Source: an uncultured delta proteobacterium (lineage in GTDB: Bacteria > Desulfobacterota > Syntrophobacteria > Syntrophobacterales > Syntrophobacteraceae). Taken from it: a DNA stretch of 64,000 nt. Below, piece by piece: positions 42,603 through 57,849 of the stretch. Positions within the stretch are counted from its first letter, which is position 1. Each line of letters opens with the position of its first letter. The position numbers were made by a program, and so were the translations under genes. Under the pieces are notes generated by a model. It did not search any database and had not been told where the DNA came from. It worked only from the letters and a program-made list of their open reading frames with translations. The stretch covers positions 32,001 through 96,000 of the forward strand of contig CAWEHK010000021.1 of assembly GCA_963808625.1 (NCBI GenBank), read 5' to 3'.

Positions 42603-45267
42603 TTATTGCTCAAGCCCTCGCTGCACCAGCCTCCGGGCAAGCTTCAAGGCGTCTGCAAGTTTCTCCGGGCGGGTGCCGCCGGCCTGGGCCATATCGGGCC
42701 GGCCGCCGCCGCTGCCGCCGACTTCCTTGGCGATCTCACCGATCAAACGACCGGCGTGGACTCGTTCCGTCAGGTCCGGAGTGACACCGACGAGCAAGAA
42801 TACCTTTTCTTCTCTAGCGGCGCCAAGAACGATGACACCGCTCTTCAGCCGCTCTTTGAACTGATCGTTCATCTCCCGGAGGACCTTCGGGCTGTCGGCG
42901 TCCACCTCGACAACGAGCACCTTCGCTCCGGCAATCTCTTCCGCCTGTTCCAAAAGGTCTGCCGAGCGCTTGGTCGTCAGTGAAGCCTTGAGCGCTTCGA
43001 GCTCCCGTTCGTGTTCCTTTTGCTGAGCCAGCAGTTTTTCGACCCGTTCGACGACTTCCGCAGGGGCGGCTTTGAGCAGGTTGGCGGTCTGTTGCAGGAG
43101 GCCCTGTTGTTTGCGCAGATAACTCAAGGCGTGGCGGCCCGAGAGCGCTTCGATCCGGCGCACCCCCGCCGCGACGCTGGCCTCCTGAACGATTACAAAC
43201 AAGCCAATGTCTCCGGTCCGATGGGTGTGCGTGCCGCCACACAGCTCTCGACTGAAACCCGGGATTTCGACCAACCGCACCCGATCTCCGTACTTCTCCT
43301 CAAACAGCGCCATGGCCCCGGTCTTCAGCGCCTCTTCGAGATCCATGACCCGCACCGTGAGATCGCGGTTGTTGCGAATCTCGTCATTGACCAGGCGTTC
43401 GATTTCGGCAATTTCGTCCGCGGGTCAGCCCGACAAAATGGGTAAAATCGAACCGTAACCGGTCCGGCGCCACCAGCGACCCCGCCTGCTTGACATGATC
43501 TCCCAGGACCTTGCGCAGCACCGCGTGGAGGATATGGGTTGCGGTATGGTTGAGTTGCGTATCGCGACGAAGCTCCTCATCGACCTTGAGGTGCACCGGA
43601 TCGCCGACGGTGAGCTTGCCTTCCGTCACGATACCCACATGAACAAACAGGTCTCCCGGGAGTTTCAACGTGTCCGAAACCAGCAGCTTCCCGGACGGTC
43701 CGCTGATTTCCCCGCGGTCGCCAACCTGCCCCCCTGCGGCACCATAGAGCGGCGTTTCGGCGGTGATCACCTCAACCTCGGTTCCCGCCTCCGCCCCCGT
43801 CACCAGTTCCCCCTCGCGAACCAGGGCGAGAATGGAAGAATCCGTCTCGAGGCTTTCATATCCGCGAAAAACCGTGGCAATCCCCTGGGCCGAAAGCTGC
43901 CGGTAGGCTTCCGAAATTTCCCGTTCACCGCTCCCTTTCCAGAACATCCGGGATTGCTCTCGCTGCTTGTCCATCAATTCGTTGAAACCGGGTTCATCGA
44001 CCATCAAAGTGAGGTCTCTTGCCATATCGGTGACGATATCAATGGGAAAACCGTAGGTGTCGTAGAGCTTGAAAATAAGGCTGCCCGGGATGGTTTTCGA
44101 GTTTTCATCCTGGAGGCGCTTGATTTCGTTTTGCAGGAGCTTCAGGCCAAAATCGAGGGTGTCGTTGAAGCGTTCTTCCTCGTGCAGGATCACCCGGGTG
44201 ATATAATTCCGGTTTTCCAGGAGCTCCGGGTAGGCATCCTCCATGGCATGCATCACGGCCACGGCAACTTCATTGAGGAAGGGGCGATGCAACCCCAGGA
44301 AGCGCCCATGGCGCAGCGCACGGCGAATCACCCGCCGCAGCACGTAGCCTCGCCCTTCGTTGCTGGGCAGGGCGCCGTCGCCGATCAGAAACGCCGCCGC
44401 CCGGCTGTGGTCGGCGATCACTTTGACCGAAACGTCCTTCTCGGCATGATTGCCGTAGTGGTATCCGCTCAGCTCAGCGATTTTGGCCATCATCGGCACA
44501 AACAGGTCGGTGTCGTAGTTGGACGGGACTTTTTGGATTACGGCTGCGGTCCTTTCGAGGCCCATCCCGGTATCGATGCTCGGCTTGGGCAGAGGCTCCA
44601 TCACCCCGCTCGGCTGCCGATTGAACTGCATGAACACCAGGTTCCACAGTTCGAGATAGCGGTCGCAGTCGCAGCCCGGCCGGCAATCGGGCTGCCCACA
44701 GCCCATCTCCGGCCCCTGATCGATAAGGATTTCAGAGCAAGGGCCGCAGGGGCCGGTGTCGCCCATGGCCCAGAAGTTGTCCTTGGTGGGGAATTGCAGG
44801 ATTCGGTCCGAGGGCAGATAGCGGGCCCAATAGCCTCCCGCCTCTTCATCCGGCCCCAGGTTCATGCCCGCGTCCCCTTCGTGAATGGTGGCATACAGTT
44901 TATCTTTGGGAAGCCCCATGACCTCGGTGAGGAAATCCCAGGCGTACTCGACCGCGTCCTTCTTGAAGTAGTCGCCAAAGGAGAAATTCCCCAGCATCTC
45001 GAAGAACGTGTGGTGCCTGGCGGTGCGTCCCACATTCTCGAGATCGTTATGCTTGCCGCCGGCCCGCATGCATTTTTGACTGGTCGTGGCGCGGTTGTAG
45101 GGACGCCGCTCTTCGCCCAGAAAGGTGCGCTTGAATTGGACCATCCCGGCGTTGGTGAAGAGCAGGCTGGGATCATCGTGAGGAATGACGGAGGAACTCT
45201 TCACGATGGTGTGACCGCGGTCCTGAAAGAAGTCTAAGAATGCTTTGCGGATTTCTCTGGCTTTCAT
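42603..45267 (-). CDS. alaS: Alanine--tRNA ligase (one apparent extra base near 43423)
   Basis: LLFTNAGMVQFK, HHTFFEMLGNFSFGDYFK, NHTATH, ELCGGTH and GGGRPDMAQAGG. Confidence 0.96.
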
Positions 45268-45295
45268 CAAGCAGGCCTCCTCGAGGTTCTGGAAA

Positions 45296-46333
45296 TCATG
45301 ACTCGCCCGCAACCGCTTGCCCAGAAATTGCGGCGGTTTTCAGGTCGTGAAGCTGGCGGATCTTTTGCTCAATTTCATTAAGGATTTCAGGATGCTCCCG
45401 CATGAAGGTTTTGGCATTTTCACGCCCCTGTCCCAATCTTTCGCCATTATAGGAATACCAGGTCCCGGCCTTATCCACCAGGCTGGCATCCACGGCCAGA
45501 TCCAGGACATCGCCCTCCTTTGAAATGCCGCGACCATAGACAATATCAAACTCCACTTCTCTAAACGGGGGAGCAATCTTATTCTTGACCACTTTCACGC
45601 GGGTTCGATTCCCGATGATATCCTGCCCCTCTTTGATCGGCCCGATGCGGCGAATATCCAGACGCATGGTGGCATAAAATTTGAGCGCATTCCCCCCGGT
45701 CGTGGTTTCCGGCGAGCCATACATTACCCCTATTTTCATCCGGATTTGGTTGATGAAGACGACGCAGGTTTTGGACTTGGAGATGGCGGAGACGAGCTTG
45801 CGCAAGGCCTGGCTCATCAGCCTCGCCTGGAGGCCCACATGGGGATCGCCCATTTCTCCTTCAATTTCCGCCTTCGGGACCAGGGCGGCCACCGAATCGA
45901 TCACGATGACATCAATGGCGTTGCTGCGCACCAGGATTTCGGCAATCTCGAGGGCCTGTTCGCCATAATCCGGCTGGCTGATCAGCAGGTCCTCCGCAAG
46001 CACGCCCACCTTGCGAGCGTAATTCAGATCGAGAGCGTGTTCCGCATCCACAAACGCCGCCAGGCCGCCGCGCTTCTGCGCTTCGGCGATGATATGCAGG
46101 GCGAGCGTGGTCTTCCCCGAAGACTCCGGCCCGAAAATCTCGACGATGCGCCCTCGCGCTACCCCCCCGATCCCCAACGCCAGGTCCAGAGAGAGACATC
46201 CGGTCGAAATGACCGGGATTTCTACCGGCTGGGCGCCTTCTCCCAGGCGCATGATAGCGCCTTTTCCGCACAATCGCTCAATCTGTGATACCGCTACATC
46301 GATGGCCTTTTGACGTTCATCTACGGATGCCAT
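45296..46333 (-). CDS. recA: Recombinase RecA
   Basis: [26 protein letters not shown] and [13 protein letters not shown]. Confidence 0.98.
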   Translation of the reverse strand: MASVDERQKAIDVAVSQIERLCGKGAIMRLGEGAQPVEIPVISTGCLSLDLALGIGGVARGRIVEIFGPESSGKTTLALHIIAEAQKRGGLAAFVDAEHALDLNYARKVGVLAEDLLISQPDYGEQALEIAEILVRSNAIDVIVIDSVAALVPKAEIEGEMGDPHVGLQARLMSQALRKLVSAISKSKTCVVFINQIRMKIGVMYGSPETTTGGNALKFYATMRLDIRRIGPIKEGQDIIGNRTRVKVVKNKIAPPFREVEFDIVYGRGISKEGDVLDLAVDASLVDKAGTWYSYNGERLGQGRENAKTFMREHPEILNEIEQKIRQLHDLKTAAISGQAVAGES

Positions 46334-46380
46334 AGCTAATTTCCAATCTCTCCCGGCGACCACTAAACGGGGTGCACCGA

Positions 46381-46947
46381 TCATTCGCGGTTAAGGGTTT
46401 TCCGAAAAAGAGGAGTGTAACGGGCGCCTTCCGGTCTCAGCTCACTCTTATACAACACCAGTTCCGTGACGTCAAAAGCTTCCGCTTCGAAGGCCTGACG
46501 AGCGATAAGCAGCTCCTGCAACGACCGCAGATGCTGCCTGCCTCTTACTCGCCCTACGGTAAGATGCGGCCTGAAGGGTCGGTCCTCCCCTTTGAAACCC
46601 AGCTCAGCCATGGCCTCTTCCACAGCCTGCTGCAACTGGTTCAGTACCCCTTCATCGCTCTTCAGCCCGACCCAGATGACCCGCATCTGTTTTACCGACG
46701 GAAAGGCGCCACAGCCCGAGGGCTGGAGCTGAAAGGGCGACGCCGTCGCGGCAGCTCTGGCGAGGTTTTTCTGGATTTCAGAAATCCGTTCCGGGGCGAC
46801 ATCTCCGAGGAACTTCAGGGTAAGATGAATGCGCTCGGGTTTCACCCAGGTAACAGGGGCCTGCGCTTTTTGAAGCTCTTGTTCAAAGCTCGCCAGTGCT
46901 TCCTGGATAGCAGGCGGAAGATCTATGGCAACGAAGGTCCGAAGCAT
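46381..46947 (-). CDS. thpR: RNA 2',3'-cyclic phosphodiesterase (2H family)
   Basis: Two HxT motifs ([15 protein letters not shown]); sits between cinA and recA. Confidence 0.92.
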   Translation of the reverse strand: MLRTFVAIDLPPAIQEALASFEQELQKAQAPVTWVKPERIHLTLKFLGDVAPERISEIQKNLARAAATASPFQLQPSGCGAFPSVKQMRVIWVGLKSDEGVLNQLQQAVEEAMAELGFKGEDRPFRPHLTVGRVRGRQHLRSLQELLIARQAFEAEAFDVTELVLYKSELRPEGARYTPLFRKTLNRE

Positions 46948-46948
46948 C

Positions 46949-48196
46949 TTATAAGTGCCTCCAGAGCATGATGAGCGCCGCCTGGGCAGCACGTTCCTGC
47001 ACCAGCTCACGATCTCCGGTGAAGTGATGCTTTGCGACTTCGATCCGGTTTGGGGTTGCGCAAGCGATAAAAACCGTACCCACCGGTTTTTCTTCCGTAC
47101 CGCCCGTGGGCCCGGCAATTCCGGTTATGGCCAGCGCGGTTTCGACGCCGGCCCCCTCGCGAAGGCCCCGAACCATGGCCAGCGCCACCTCTTCGCTGAC
47201 CGCCCCGAAAGCGGCGATCTGATCCGGCGGGACCTGCAGTAATTCTTCTTTAGCCGCATTGCTGTAGGTGACCAAACCCCGGTCAAAATAGTCCGAAGCC
47301 CCTGAAATGGCGGTTATTTTCCTCGCCACCAGGCCCCCGGTGCACGACTCGGCAACGGCCAGCCGCCAGCCCCTTGCCCTCAGGTTTTCACCAATGACCT
47401 TTTCCAGCGTTTCCTGGTTTCGTCCGATTACATGCTCGGGGCCAATCAGGGCGATGATTTTCGCTTCGAGCTCTGCGATGCGCGTTCGAGCTATCTGCTC
47501 ACTTTCCGCAGTGGCCAGGAACGTCAATCTGACCTCGGCATCATGAGGCAGATAGCCGATCTCGACCCCGGCACTTTCGGTCCTGAGGGCCACCAGGAGC
47601 CGGTTCAGATCAGACTCGTAATAGCCATGGAGGCGGAGGATTTGTTTTACCGCCACGAGACGTTCTGGAAACCACTTTTCCAGACCCGGAATGACCAATT
47701 CTCTGAGCAGGGTTTTCATCTCATGGGGCACGCCGGGGAGAAAATAGCAGGGCACCTTTTCATGCTCGAGGAAGTATCCGGCCATCCCAAGTCCGAGCTT
47801 AACCGCCCCCTGGGGCACCTGAGCCATTTTTGCAATGGGTTCGGTCCATGGCCGCCCCTGCTTTGCCAGGCGTTCTTTAAGCCATTGCGTATAACCGGGT
47901 TCAGGGACCAAGTTCCGCTCGAATGCGCGCGAGACAGCGGCATTGGTGCGATCATCGTCGGTCGGGCCGAGGCCCCCCGTTACGATCAGAAACTGCGACT
48001 CCCGATGGCACTGGGAGAGGGCCTTGACGATCTCCTCCTCGTCATCCCCGATGGTCAGCATCCGCTCCAGCCGGAAACCTTTTGCGCGGAGCTCGACGGC
48101 GATATGGTGGGCATTGCCGTTGGCTATGTCCCCGAAGAGAATTTCATCTCCAATCGTTACGAGTGAACCCGCAACGGTTCTCAGTCGTTCTGTCAT
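46949..48196 (-). CDS. cinA: Competence/damage-inducible protein CinA (MoCF + NMN deamidase)
   Basis: IGDEIL, TGGLGPTDDD, AESCTGG and ITGIAGPTGG. Confidence 0.93.
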   Translation of the reverse strand: MTERLRTVAGSLVTIGDEILFGDIANGNAHHIAVELRAKGFRLERMLTIGDDEEEIVKALSQCHRESQFLIVTGGLGPTDDDRTNAAVSRAFERNLVPEPGYTQWLKERLAKQGRPWTEPIAKMAQVPQGAVKLGLGMAGYFLEHEKVPCYFLPGVPHEMKTLLRELVIPGLEKWFPERLVAVKQILRLHGYYESDLNRLLVALRTESAGVEIGYLPHDAEVRLTFLATAESEQIARTRIAELEAKIIALIGPEHVIGRNQETLEKVIGENLRARGWRLAVAESCTGGLVARKITAISGASDYFDRGLVTYSNAAKEELLQVPPDQIAAFGAVSEEVALAMVRGLREGAGVETALAITGIAGPTGGTEEKPVGTVFIACATPNRIEVAKHHFTGDRELVQERAAQAALIMLWRHL

Positions 48197-48221
48197 AAGG
48201 TTTCCTCGCGGTCCTCGCTTC

Positions 48222-49388
48222 CTATGCCTGCCTCACTGAAAAGAGGATTTCCTCATATACTTTGCGAATCGGCATCCGCTGATCCCTGGCAATCCGTCGG
48301 CAGGCCTCGTACTCAGGGATCATGCGCTGCTCTCCGCCCGGCAAAGAAACGCATTTGACCTGACATGGTCCATAAGGCGTCTCGATCACCTCCAGTTTGC
48401 GGTTGAGTTCAGCGCGCCTGACCTCCTGGATGCGCACTCCCAGGGTCGTCGTTTCGCGGAAGATCAGTTCGAGCACACTCGTTTGCAGTGCCGGCTCGAT
48501 CAGGACACTAAGCAATACCCCGGGACGATTCTTTTTCATCTGAATGGACGCAAGGCTGACGTCCAACGCTCCGAGCGCGAATAATTGCTCCAGAACATAC
48601 CCGTAGAATTCCGGATTCATGTCATCGATGTTCGTTTCCAGAAAAGAGGAGGGATTTATAGCGAAAAGCATTCCCTGATCTCCCGATAAGCACTCGGAGC
48701 AGGTTCGGGGGATCTGAGGCCGGGTCGCTGCCGACGCCGTACCCTGATCCAAGGAGCGTCATTTCCGGTACGGCACCGTAGCCGTCAGCCAGGGAAGCCA
48801 GAATTGCCGCTCCCGTCGGCGTCACCAGTTCCCGTTCGAGATCAGTCCCATAAACGGGGATTGATTCCAAAAGCGCTACCGTCGCAGGAGCAGGAAGGGG
48901 AAGCAAACCGTGATGAGTCTTCACGAACCCTCGCCCGAGGGGAAGAGGCGACGCGACTATCTTGGCAATACCTAGATAGTCAAGGCCGATAACGGTGCCG
49001 GCCACATCCAGGATGGAATCGACTGCTCCTACCTCGTGAAAATGAACTTCCGCAACCGGCACGTTGTGGACGCGGGACTCCGCCCGTGGCGAGTTTCTCG
49101 AAAATGCGCAGAATTTTGTCCTGAATCTTCTCCTCCAGCTTGCTCTGCCGGATCATCTCCTGAATGTCCCCAAAATGGCGGTGGGGCTGCTCGTCGATCT
49201 CAATGACGACGCGCGTCCCGCTAATAAGCCCCCGCTGTTCTTTCGCGCTCACGGATCGTATACCCGGAAACGGGGATCTTCCTCAATTCATGCAGCAGCA
49301 CCTCACCGGGCACCCCAAGATCCAGCAAAGCTCCCAACACCATATCCCCACTGATGCCGGAAAAACAGTCAAAGTAAGCTATTTTCAT
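48222..49388 (-). CDS. larC: Nickel pincer cofactor biosynthesis protein LarC (several frameshifts)
   Basis: [48 protein letters not shown] and PEYE across successive frames. Confidence 0.88.
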
Positions 49389-49399
49389 AACTTCTTCAC

Positions 49400-50063
49400 T
49401 CATGGCCTAACCTCCAACATATCAATCAGATCCATGGGCCGACCAGTCAGGGCCCTCGCCCCACCCGCAAGGAGCTCCTCGCCAGTTCGAAAACCCCAAA
49501 GCGCTCCTGCGGGAAACATTCCCGCTGCTACAGCGGTCTTCATATCCACCGCACTATCTCCCAGATAGATGAACTCGCCAGCGGGAAGATGTAGCCGGTC
49601 GGCAATCTCCAGGGCCGCCGCCGGGTCGGGTTTTGCCGGGACCTCGTCACGCTGGCCGATAACCACATCAAATTTCCACCTCGACAGCAACTCCCTCACG
49701 GACTTCTTGGTCAGGTCATCCCGCTTGTTCGACAGGACCGCCAACTTGAGACCTCGCTCGGCAAGCGCATCCAGCATGGCGGGAACCCCCTCATACGGCT
49801 TCGTCTTTACCATCCAATTTTGCCCATAGTCACGGAGAAATGCTTCCAGGCAGGAGCGAACCGTCCCTGTCATCCCGCCGGTTTTCGGGCAACGCACGCA
49901 TCACGAGCATCAAGGACCCATTGCCGACAAAATAACGATAGGCATCCAGATCATGCGTGGGAAAATCGTTTGCCCTGAGAACGCGGTTCACGGCGTCGGC
50001 CAGGTCATCCAAAGTATTGAGCAGCGTACCATCAAGATCAAAGAGAACAGCTTTGGCGGACAT
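49400..50063 (-). CDS. HAD-IA hydrolase (phosphoglycolate phosphatase-like), frameshift near 49880
   Basis: [17 protein letters not shown] and YLGDSAVD. Confidence 0.88.
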
Positions 50064-50229
50064 GTTCGGGGTCCCTGATTGATTAAAACCGGATATGTTC
50101 CTGTCGATAGGTTGTGCACATCTTGTCGGCAAGAGCACCAGATCTTTGCAGGTGTCTCGGATTTGGTAGCTTAATGTGCGCCGACTGTTACAGTTTATCC
50201 ATAAAAAAAACAACTATTTGACATTTTTT

Positions 50230-50258
50230 TTGACATTTGAACAGGCCTTTATTATGAT
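50230..50258 (+). promoter_or_regulatory. Sigma-70 promoter of dnaN
   Basis: TTGACA-N17-TATGAT, about 60 nt upstream of the ATG. Confidence 0.8.
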
Positions 50259-50317
50259 TTTTATCTTTAATGAGAATGATCTTAATAAAACATTCCTTTC
50301 AACCAGGGACTCCGACT

Positions 50318-51427
50318 ATGAAAATCTCGGTGGAAACCGCGCTGCTCACCGGCGTACTGCAAAAAGTACTCAATATCACTGACAAAAGGACCAACATCCC
50401 GATCCTCTCGAATACCCTGATCAGGGCCACCGACCACAATGCGATCGAAGTTTTCGCAACAGACCTGGAAATCAGCCTTCGAACGGAAGTTGGCGCACAG
50501 ATAGAGTCCACGGGCACGACCACCGTTTCTGCGCGAAAGCTTTTGGAAGTGGTCCGTGAGCTGCCATACGAACGCATCATCCTCGAAGACCTTCCGGCCA
50601 GCAGGCTCCAGGTACTTGCCGGCCGTGCCCGGTTTGAGCTGCAAACCATCCCGGCCGAGGATTTCCCGCATCTGAATTTTCACGAAGGAACGGAGTTCGC
50701 CCGGTGCGATGCGTCCCTGCTGCGGAAATCCTTGAGCAAGACGCTCTATGGCGTGCCCACGGAAGAAGATCATTTCAGCGTTGCCGGTCTTTATTGGCAC
50801 TCTGTGGCGCCCAATCAACTGCGTTTTGTGTCCTGCGACGGACACCGGTTGGCCTATTTCCAGGTCCCGGAAGAATCCTTTCCCGGTCTGGAACTTACGA
50901 AGGGGATAATCATTCCTCGTAAAGGAGTTCAGGAAATCATCCGGGTCCTGGAGAAAGAAAACGACGCCGCTCTTTCCATTGACGAAAACTGCCTGATCCT
51001 TAAAACCCCCGGAACGGTCCTAAGCGTCCAGTTGCTGGATGCCGAGTTTCCAGAATATCAAGTAATCATACCCGAAGAAAGACCTTTCTCCCTGGAGCTT
51101 GATAAGGAGGCCTTTTTCTCTGCCCTCAAACGCATGGCAGTGCTGACCGATGTTCGTTGGCGTCATGTACGCTTCGGCGTTCGGGAAAACATGTTGCAGT
51201 TGGAGGCGGGAAACCCGGACATCGGTAATGCCGATGACGCACTCGATGTTGCCTATCAGGGTGAGGACTTCACGGTCGCCTTCAATGTCAGGTATGTCAT
51301 GGACAGCATGCAGAGCATCGACAGTGAGAAGATTCGTTTCGAATGGTTGGATGCCTTTCATGGAGGCGTTTTTGTCGGCCAGGATGATCCCAATTACTTC
51401 AGTTTGGTCATGCCCATGATCGTCTGA
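50318..51427 (+). CDS. dnaN: DNA polymerase III beta sliding clamp
   Basis: IPILSN, ATDLEI, DGHRLA, FPEYQ, AFNVRY and VMPM. Confidence 0.96.
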   Translation: MKISVETALLTGVLQKVLNITDKRTNIPILSNTLIRATDHNAIEVFATDLEISLRTEVGAQIESTGTTTVSARKLLEVVRELPYERIILEDLPASRLQVLAGRARFELQTIPAEDFPHLNFHEGTEFARCDASLLRKSLSKTLYGVPTEEDHFSVAGLYWHSVAPNQLRFVSCDGHRLAYFQVPEESFPGLELTKGIIIPRKGVQEIIRVLEKENDAALSIDENCLILKTPGTVLSVQLLDAEFPEYQVIIPEERPFSLELDKEAFFSALKRMAVLTDVRWRHVRFGVRENMLQLEAGNPDIGNADDALDVAYQGEDFTVAFNVRYVMDSMQSIDSEKIRFEWLDAFHGGVFVGQDDPNYFSLVMPMIV

Positions 51428-51761
51428 TCAGGCTTTTCAAAGAGTCATCTTGGTAATCCCTGATTGTTGTTTGGGTATTTTGGCCCATGGCTCCTCCCCT
51501 AAAATGCCTGTCGAAGATGATTGCGGCCGGTATCCCGTCCCCATCCCCCATCCAAAGTGGTTTTGCCAGCGCCGGTAACGGAGCTGGTTGAACAATGCTT
51601 CGGGAGAACTTGGCGAGTCGCCTGAAAAGCGATTGAAAAACCGACAAAAATAGACTATATTGGCGTTTTAAAAGACAAATTTGGAAATTTCCATGGCCGA
51701 AAGGGTCCTTCTTTTGACACCAGTTCATAACGGAAAGCCAAGTATAGTGAGTTCAGCATAG

Positions 51762-54203
<2,442 letters not shown>

Positions 54204-54252
54204 TCGCATCTCTAATAATTTTTCAGACAATAAATTTCAGAAAATTGCTCAT

Positions 54253-54310
54253 GTGTGGCAGGCTTTCCAGCCTGCCTGAGCGTAGTGGCAGGCTGGAAAG
54301 CCTGCCACAC
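54253..54310. repeat. Inverted REP doublet between gyrB and gyrA
   Basis: GTGTGGCAGGCTTTCCAGCCTGCC ... GGCAGGCTGGAAAGCCTGCCACAC. Confidence 0.8.
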
Positions 54311-54358
54311 AGATTTTGAAACTATTTTTCTGAACATCTATAACTTCCTCTGAGGAAC

Positions 54359-56794
54359 ATGGTAATGGACCAGAAAACGATCAATATCGAAGATGAGATC
54401 AAGCTTTCTTATCTCGATTACGCAATGAGCGTCATCATTGGAAGGGCTATTCCCGACGTGCGGGATGGTTTGAAACCGGTACACCGGCGCATCCTTTTTG
54501 CGATGCATGAACTGCGCAATGATTTCAATAAGCCTTACAAAAAATCCGCGCGCATCGTCGGGGATGTCATCGGTAAGTATCATCCTCATGGCGATATCGC
54601 TGTGTATGACGCTCTGGTGCGCATGGCTCAAAGTTTTTCGATGCGCTATCCCCTGATTGATGGGCAGGGGAATTTTGGGTCAGTGGACGGGGACCCTCCT
54701 GCGGCCATGCGTTACACTGAAATCCGCATGCATCGGCTCGGGCACGAATTCATGCGGGACATCGAAAAGGAAACCGTTGCTTTTCAGCCCAATTACGACA
54801 ACACTATTTTAGAACCGCTGGTGCTGCCGACAAGGGTCCCCAACCTCCTCTTGAACGGCTCTTCCGGAATCGCTGTCGGCATGGCGACCAACATTCCTCC
54901 TCACAATCTACGGGAACTGTGCGAAGGTCTTCTCGCCCTTCTCGACCAGCCCGAAATCACGATAACCGGGCTCATGCGCTACATTCTGGGACCTGACTTT
55001 CCCACCGCCGGCTTCATCTGCGGATGTGGAGGAATCAGAGACGCTTATCAGACGGGTCGTGGCATCATCAAGATGCGGGCTCGCGTTGAAGTCGAGGAAT
55101 CCGGGCGGAAAAGCCACCTGATCGTCACCGAACTTCCTTACCAGGTGAATAAAGCGAGACTTCTGGAACGCATCGCCGAGCTCGTCAAGCAGAAGAAGAT
55201 CGAAGGCATCCAGGACATTCGCGACGAATCCGACCGGGAGGGCATGAGAATCGTCCTGACCCTGCGCCAAGGGGATGAGCCCAAGGTGGTTGAGAACCAG
55301 CTTTACAAGCATACCCCATTGGAGACCAGCTTCGGGGTCATCTTGCTCGCCGTGGTGGACAACCGGCCCGAAGTTCTCAATCTCAAGGATGTGCTTCAGA
55401 AGTTTCTTGACTTCAGGCGTCAGGTGGTCGTCAAACGCACCCAGTTTGAACTCAGCCAGGCGGAAAAACGGGCGCACATTTTGGAAGGCCTGAAGCGAGC
55501 GCTGGATCATCTGGATGAAGTGATCCAGTTGATCCGTGCTGCGACAAGTCCTCAGGAAGCCAAAGCGCAACTTGTGCAACGGTTCGAATTCAGCGAAGAA
55601 CAGGCGCAAGCGATCCTGGAGATGCGTTTGCAGCGTTTGACGGGTCTCGAACGGGATAAAATCGTCGAGGAATACTACCAAATTCTAAAAGAGATCGAAC
55701 GGCTGCGCCAGATCCTGGGATCTGCAGCCATGGTGGATCAGGTCATTCGCGAGGAGATCCAGGAATTAACGGCTCAATACGGGGATGTGCGGAAGACGGA
55801 AATCATCGCGGAAGCGGAAGATATCTGTATCCAGGACCTGATTGCCAACGAAGAAATGGTTGTGACCATCTCTCAGGCAGGTTATGTGAAGCGCACCCCT
55901 CTCGTCATTTATCGCAGTCAGAAAAGAGGCGGCAGGGGAAGGAGCGGGATGAGCACCCGCGAAGAGGATGTGGTCACGACAGTTTTTACGGCTTCCGCCC
56001 ATGACTACCTGCTGGTGTTTACCAATCGAGGACAGGTCTTCTGGCTGAAAGTATATGAGATTCCCGAGGTGGGTCCGTCAGCTCTGGGAAAGGCGATCGT
56101 CAATCTGCTGGCACTGCAGCCGGGTGAAAAAGTTGAAGCAATCCTGCCGGTGAAAGATTTTACAGATGGGCAATACATCATCATGGTGACGAGAAATGGC
56201 GTCGTCAAGAAAACGGAGCTGACCGCTTATGCCAATCCACGCTCAAACGGCATTCGAGCGATTGTGCTGGATGATGACGATGAACTGATTGCGGTGCGGA
56301 TCACCGATGGGGACCGAGACCTTTTCCTGATGAGCAAGTTCGGGAAGTGCATCCGTGTTTCTGAAAAAGAATTCCGACCGCTGGGACGAGTGAGTCGCGG
56401 TATCCGTGGGATGCGCCTTGATGGCAGCGAACTGGTGGGGATGGATGTCATCGATGCCGGCAAATGCATTCTGGTTATCACCGAAAAGGGCTTTGGAAAG
56501 CGCACTCCCGAAGACGCCTACCGATGTCAAAGTCGGGGTGGGAAAGGGGTATTGAATATTCGGGTTACCGAAAGGAATGGTCACGTTGTGGGTTTTCGCC
56601 AGGTCGGCGAAGAGGAGGAGGTCCTGATTATCACCAACCGGGGCCGCCTGATCCGTATCCCCGCGGCACAGGTGAGTAAAATCGGGCGGGTTACGCAGGG
56701 TGTGAAACTGATGGGCTTGGATGAGGACGAGCAGGTAGTGGATTTGACGGTCTCAGCGGAACCCGAGGACGTGAAGGAGGAGGCCGAGAACTAA
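54359..56794 (+). CDS. gyrA: DNA gyrase subunit A
   Basis: [24 protein letters not shown] and GyrA-box QKRGGRG. Confidence 0.98.
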   Translation: MVMDQKTINIEDEIKLSYLDYAMSVIIGRAIPDVRDGLKPVHRRILFAMHELRNDFNKPYKKSARIVGDVIGKYHPHGDIAVYDALVRMAQSFSMRYPLIDGQGNFGSVDGDPPAAMRYTEIRMHRLGHEFMRDIEKETVAFQPNYDNTILEPLVLPTRVPNLLLNGSSGIAVGMATNIPPHNLRELCEGLLALLDQPEITITGLMRYILGPDFPTAGFICGCGGIRDAYQTGRGIIKMRARVEVEESGRKSHLIVTELPYQVNKARLLERIAELVKQKKIEGIQDIRDESDREGMRIVLTLRQGDEPKVVENQLYKHTPLETSFGVILLAVVDNRPEVLNLKDVLQKFLDFRRQVVVKRTQFELSQAEKRAHILEGLKRALDHLDEVIQLIRAATSPQEAKAQLVQRFEFSEEQAQAILEMRLQRLTGLERDKIVEEYYQILKEIERLRQILGSAAMVDQVIREEIQELTAQYGDVRKTEIIAEAEDICIQDLIANEEMVVTISQAGYVKRTPLVIYRSQKRGGRGRSGMSTREEDVVTTVFTASAHDYLLVFTNRGQVFWLKVYEIPEVGPSALGKAIVNLLALQPGEKVEAILPVKDFTDGQYIIMVTRNGVVKKTELTAYANPRSNGIRAIVLDDDDELIAVRITDGDRDLFLMSKFGKCIRVSEKEFRPLGRVSRGIRGMRLDGSELVGMDVIDAGKCILVITEKGFGKRTPEDAYRCQSRGGKGVLNIRVTERNGHVVGFRQVGEEEEVLIITNRGRLIRIPAAQVSKIGRVTQGVKLMGLDEDEQVVDLTVSAEPEDVKEEAEN

Positions 56795-57813
56795 TGGAAG
56801 CGGTCGGTCCCATCGGAGTCGTCGGAGCAGGAAGCTGGGGAACCACGCTGGGTCAACTCCTGGCCGCAAACGGCTATAAGGTTGACTTATGGGTATATGA
56901 AGACGAGCTATGCCGGACTATTCGAGAAACTCGAGAAAACACGTATTATTTGCCGGGATTCCTGCTCCATGAGAACATCGTTGCCCACCACGAATTAAGA
57001 CAGGTGGTGGAAGGCCATGACCTGGTGGTGATGGTGGTTCCCTCCCATGTCTATCGCCGGACTGCCGGGCAGATGCTCCCCTTCCTGAAGCGCAACGCCG
57101 TCATTGTGAGTGCGACCAAGGGCATTGAAAACGGCACCTTGCGCATCATGTCGGAGGTCTGGAAGGACGTTTTGACCGCGCCCGATTTCGTTCACGTTCT
57201 TGCCCTGTCCGGGCCCTCCTTTGCACGTGAGGTCATCCGCCGGATCCCAACAGCCATTGTCGTTGCCGGCGAGGACCTTGAGCTCGCGCGATGGGTTCAA
57301 CGGATCTTCTCGACAAACTATTTTCGAGTCTATACGAGTTCCGACAAAAAGGGTGTGGAGCTGGCTGGGGCGCTAAAGAATGTCATTGCCATCGCGGCCG
57401 GGATCAGCGACGGTTTGAATTTTGGACACAATACCCGCGCCGCCTTGATTACCAGAGGGCTTGCTGAAATCTCCCGTCTGGGTCTTAAAATGGGGGCAAA
57501 TGTTTTGACCTTTTCAGGGCTGTCTGGTATTGGGGACCTCCTTTTGACCTGCACCGGTGATTTAAGCCGCAATCGGCAAGTCGGTCTGCAGTTGGGACAG
57601 GGCCGAAGGATTGAAGAAATTCTCGGGGAGATGCGCATGGTGGCGGAAGGAGTGAAAACGGCTCAATCCGTGCATTTCCTGGCGCAACGGATGAATGTTG
57701 AAATGCCGATTTGCGAGCAGGTTTACCAGGTGGTGCACGAAGCCAAGCCGCCGCAAAGGGCGGTGCAGGAGCTGATGGAGAGAAGTCTTAAGCACGAACT
57801 GGAAATCCCCTGA
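56794..57813 (+). CDS. gpsA: NAD(P)H-dependent glycerol-3-phosphate dehydrogenase
   Basis: GAGSWG, LSGPSFA, GALKNVIA and GDLLLTCTGDLSRN. Confidence 0.96.
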   Translation: MEAVGPIGVVGAGSWGTTLGQLLAANGYKVDLWVYEDELCRTIRETRENTYYLPGFLLHENIVAHHELRQVVEGHDLVVMVVPSHVYRRTAGQMLPFLKRNAVIVSATKGIENGTLRIMSEVWKDVLTAPDFVHVLALSGPSFAREVIRRIPTAIVVAGEDLELARWVQRIFSTNYFRVYTSSDKKGVELAGALKNVIAIAAGISDGLNFGHNTRAALITRGLAEISRLGLKMGANVLTFSGLSGIGDLLLTCTGDLSRNRQVGLQLGQGRRIEEILGEMRMVAEGVKTAQSVHFLAQRMNVEMPICEQVYQVVHEAKPPQRAVQELMERSLKHELEIP

Positions 57814-57849
57814 AAACCGGAACGTAAGGGAACTATGCCGCCACTTTTG

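Noticed and set aside
43384..43440. Programmed frameshift or split alaS
   Set aside because: No slippery heptamer. Removing one base restores a normal AlaRS, consistent with the other indel errors.
43495..45237. 580-aa plus-strand ORF, and similar long antisense ORFs (8859-9929, 13488-14639, 14959-16008, 31700-32779)
   Set aside because: They are antisense to clear genes in GC-rich DNA and have no recognisable motifs.
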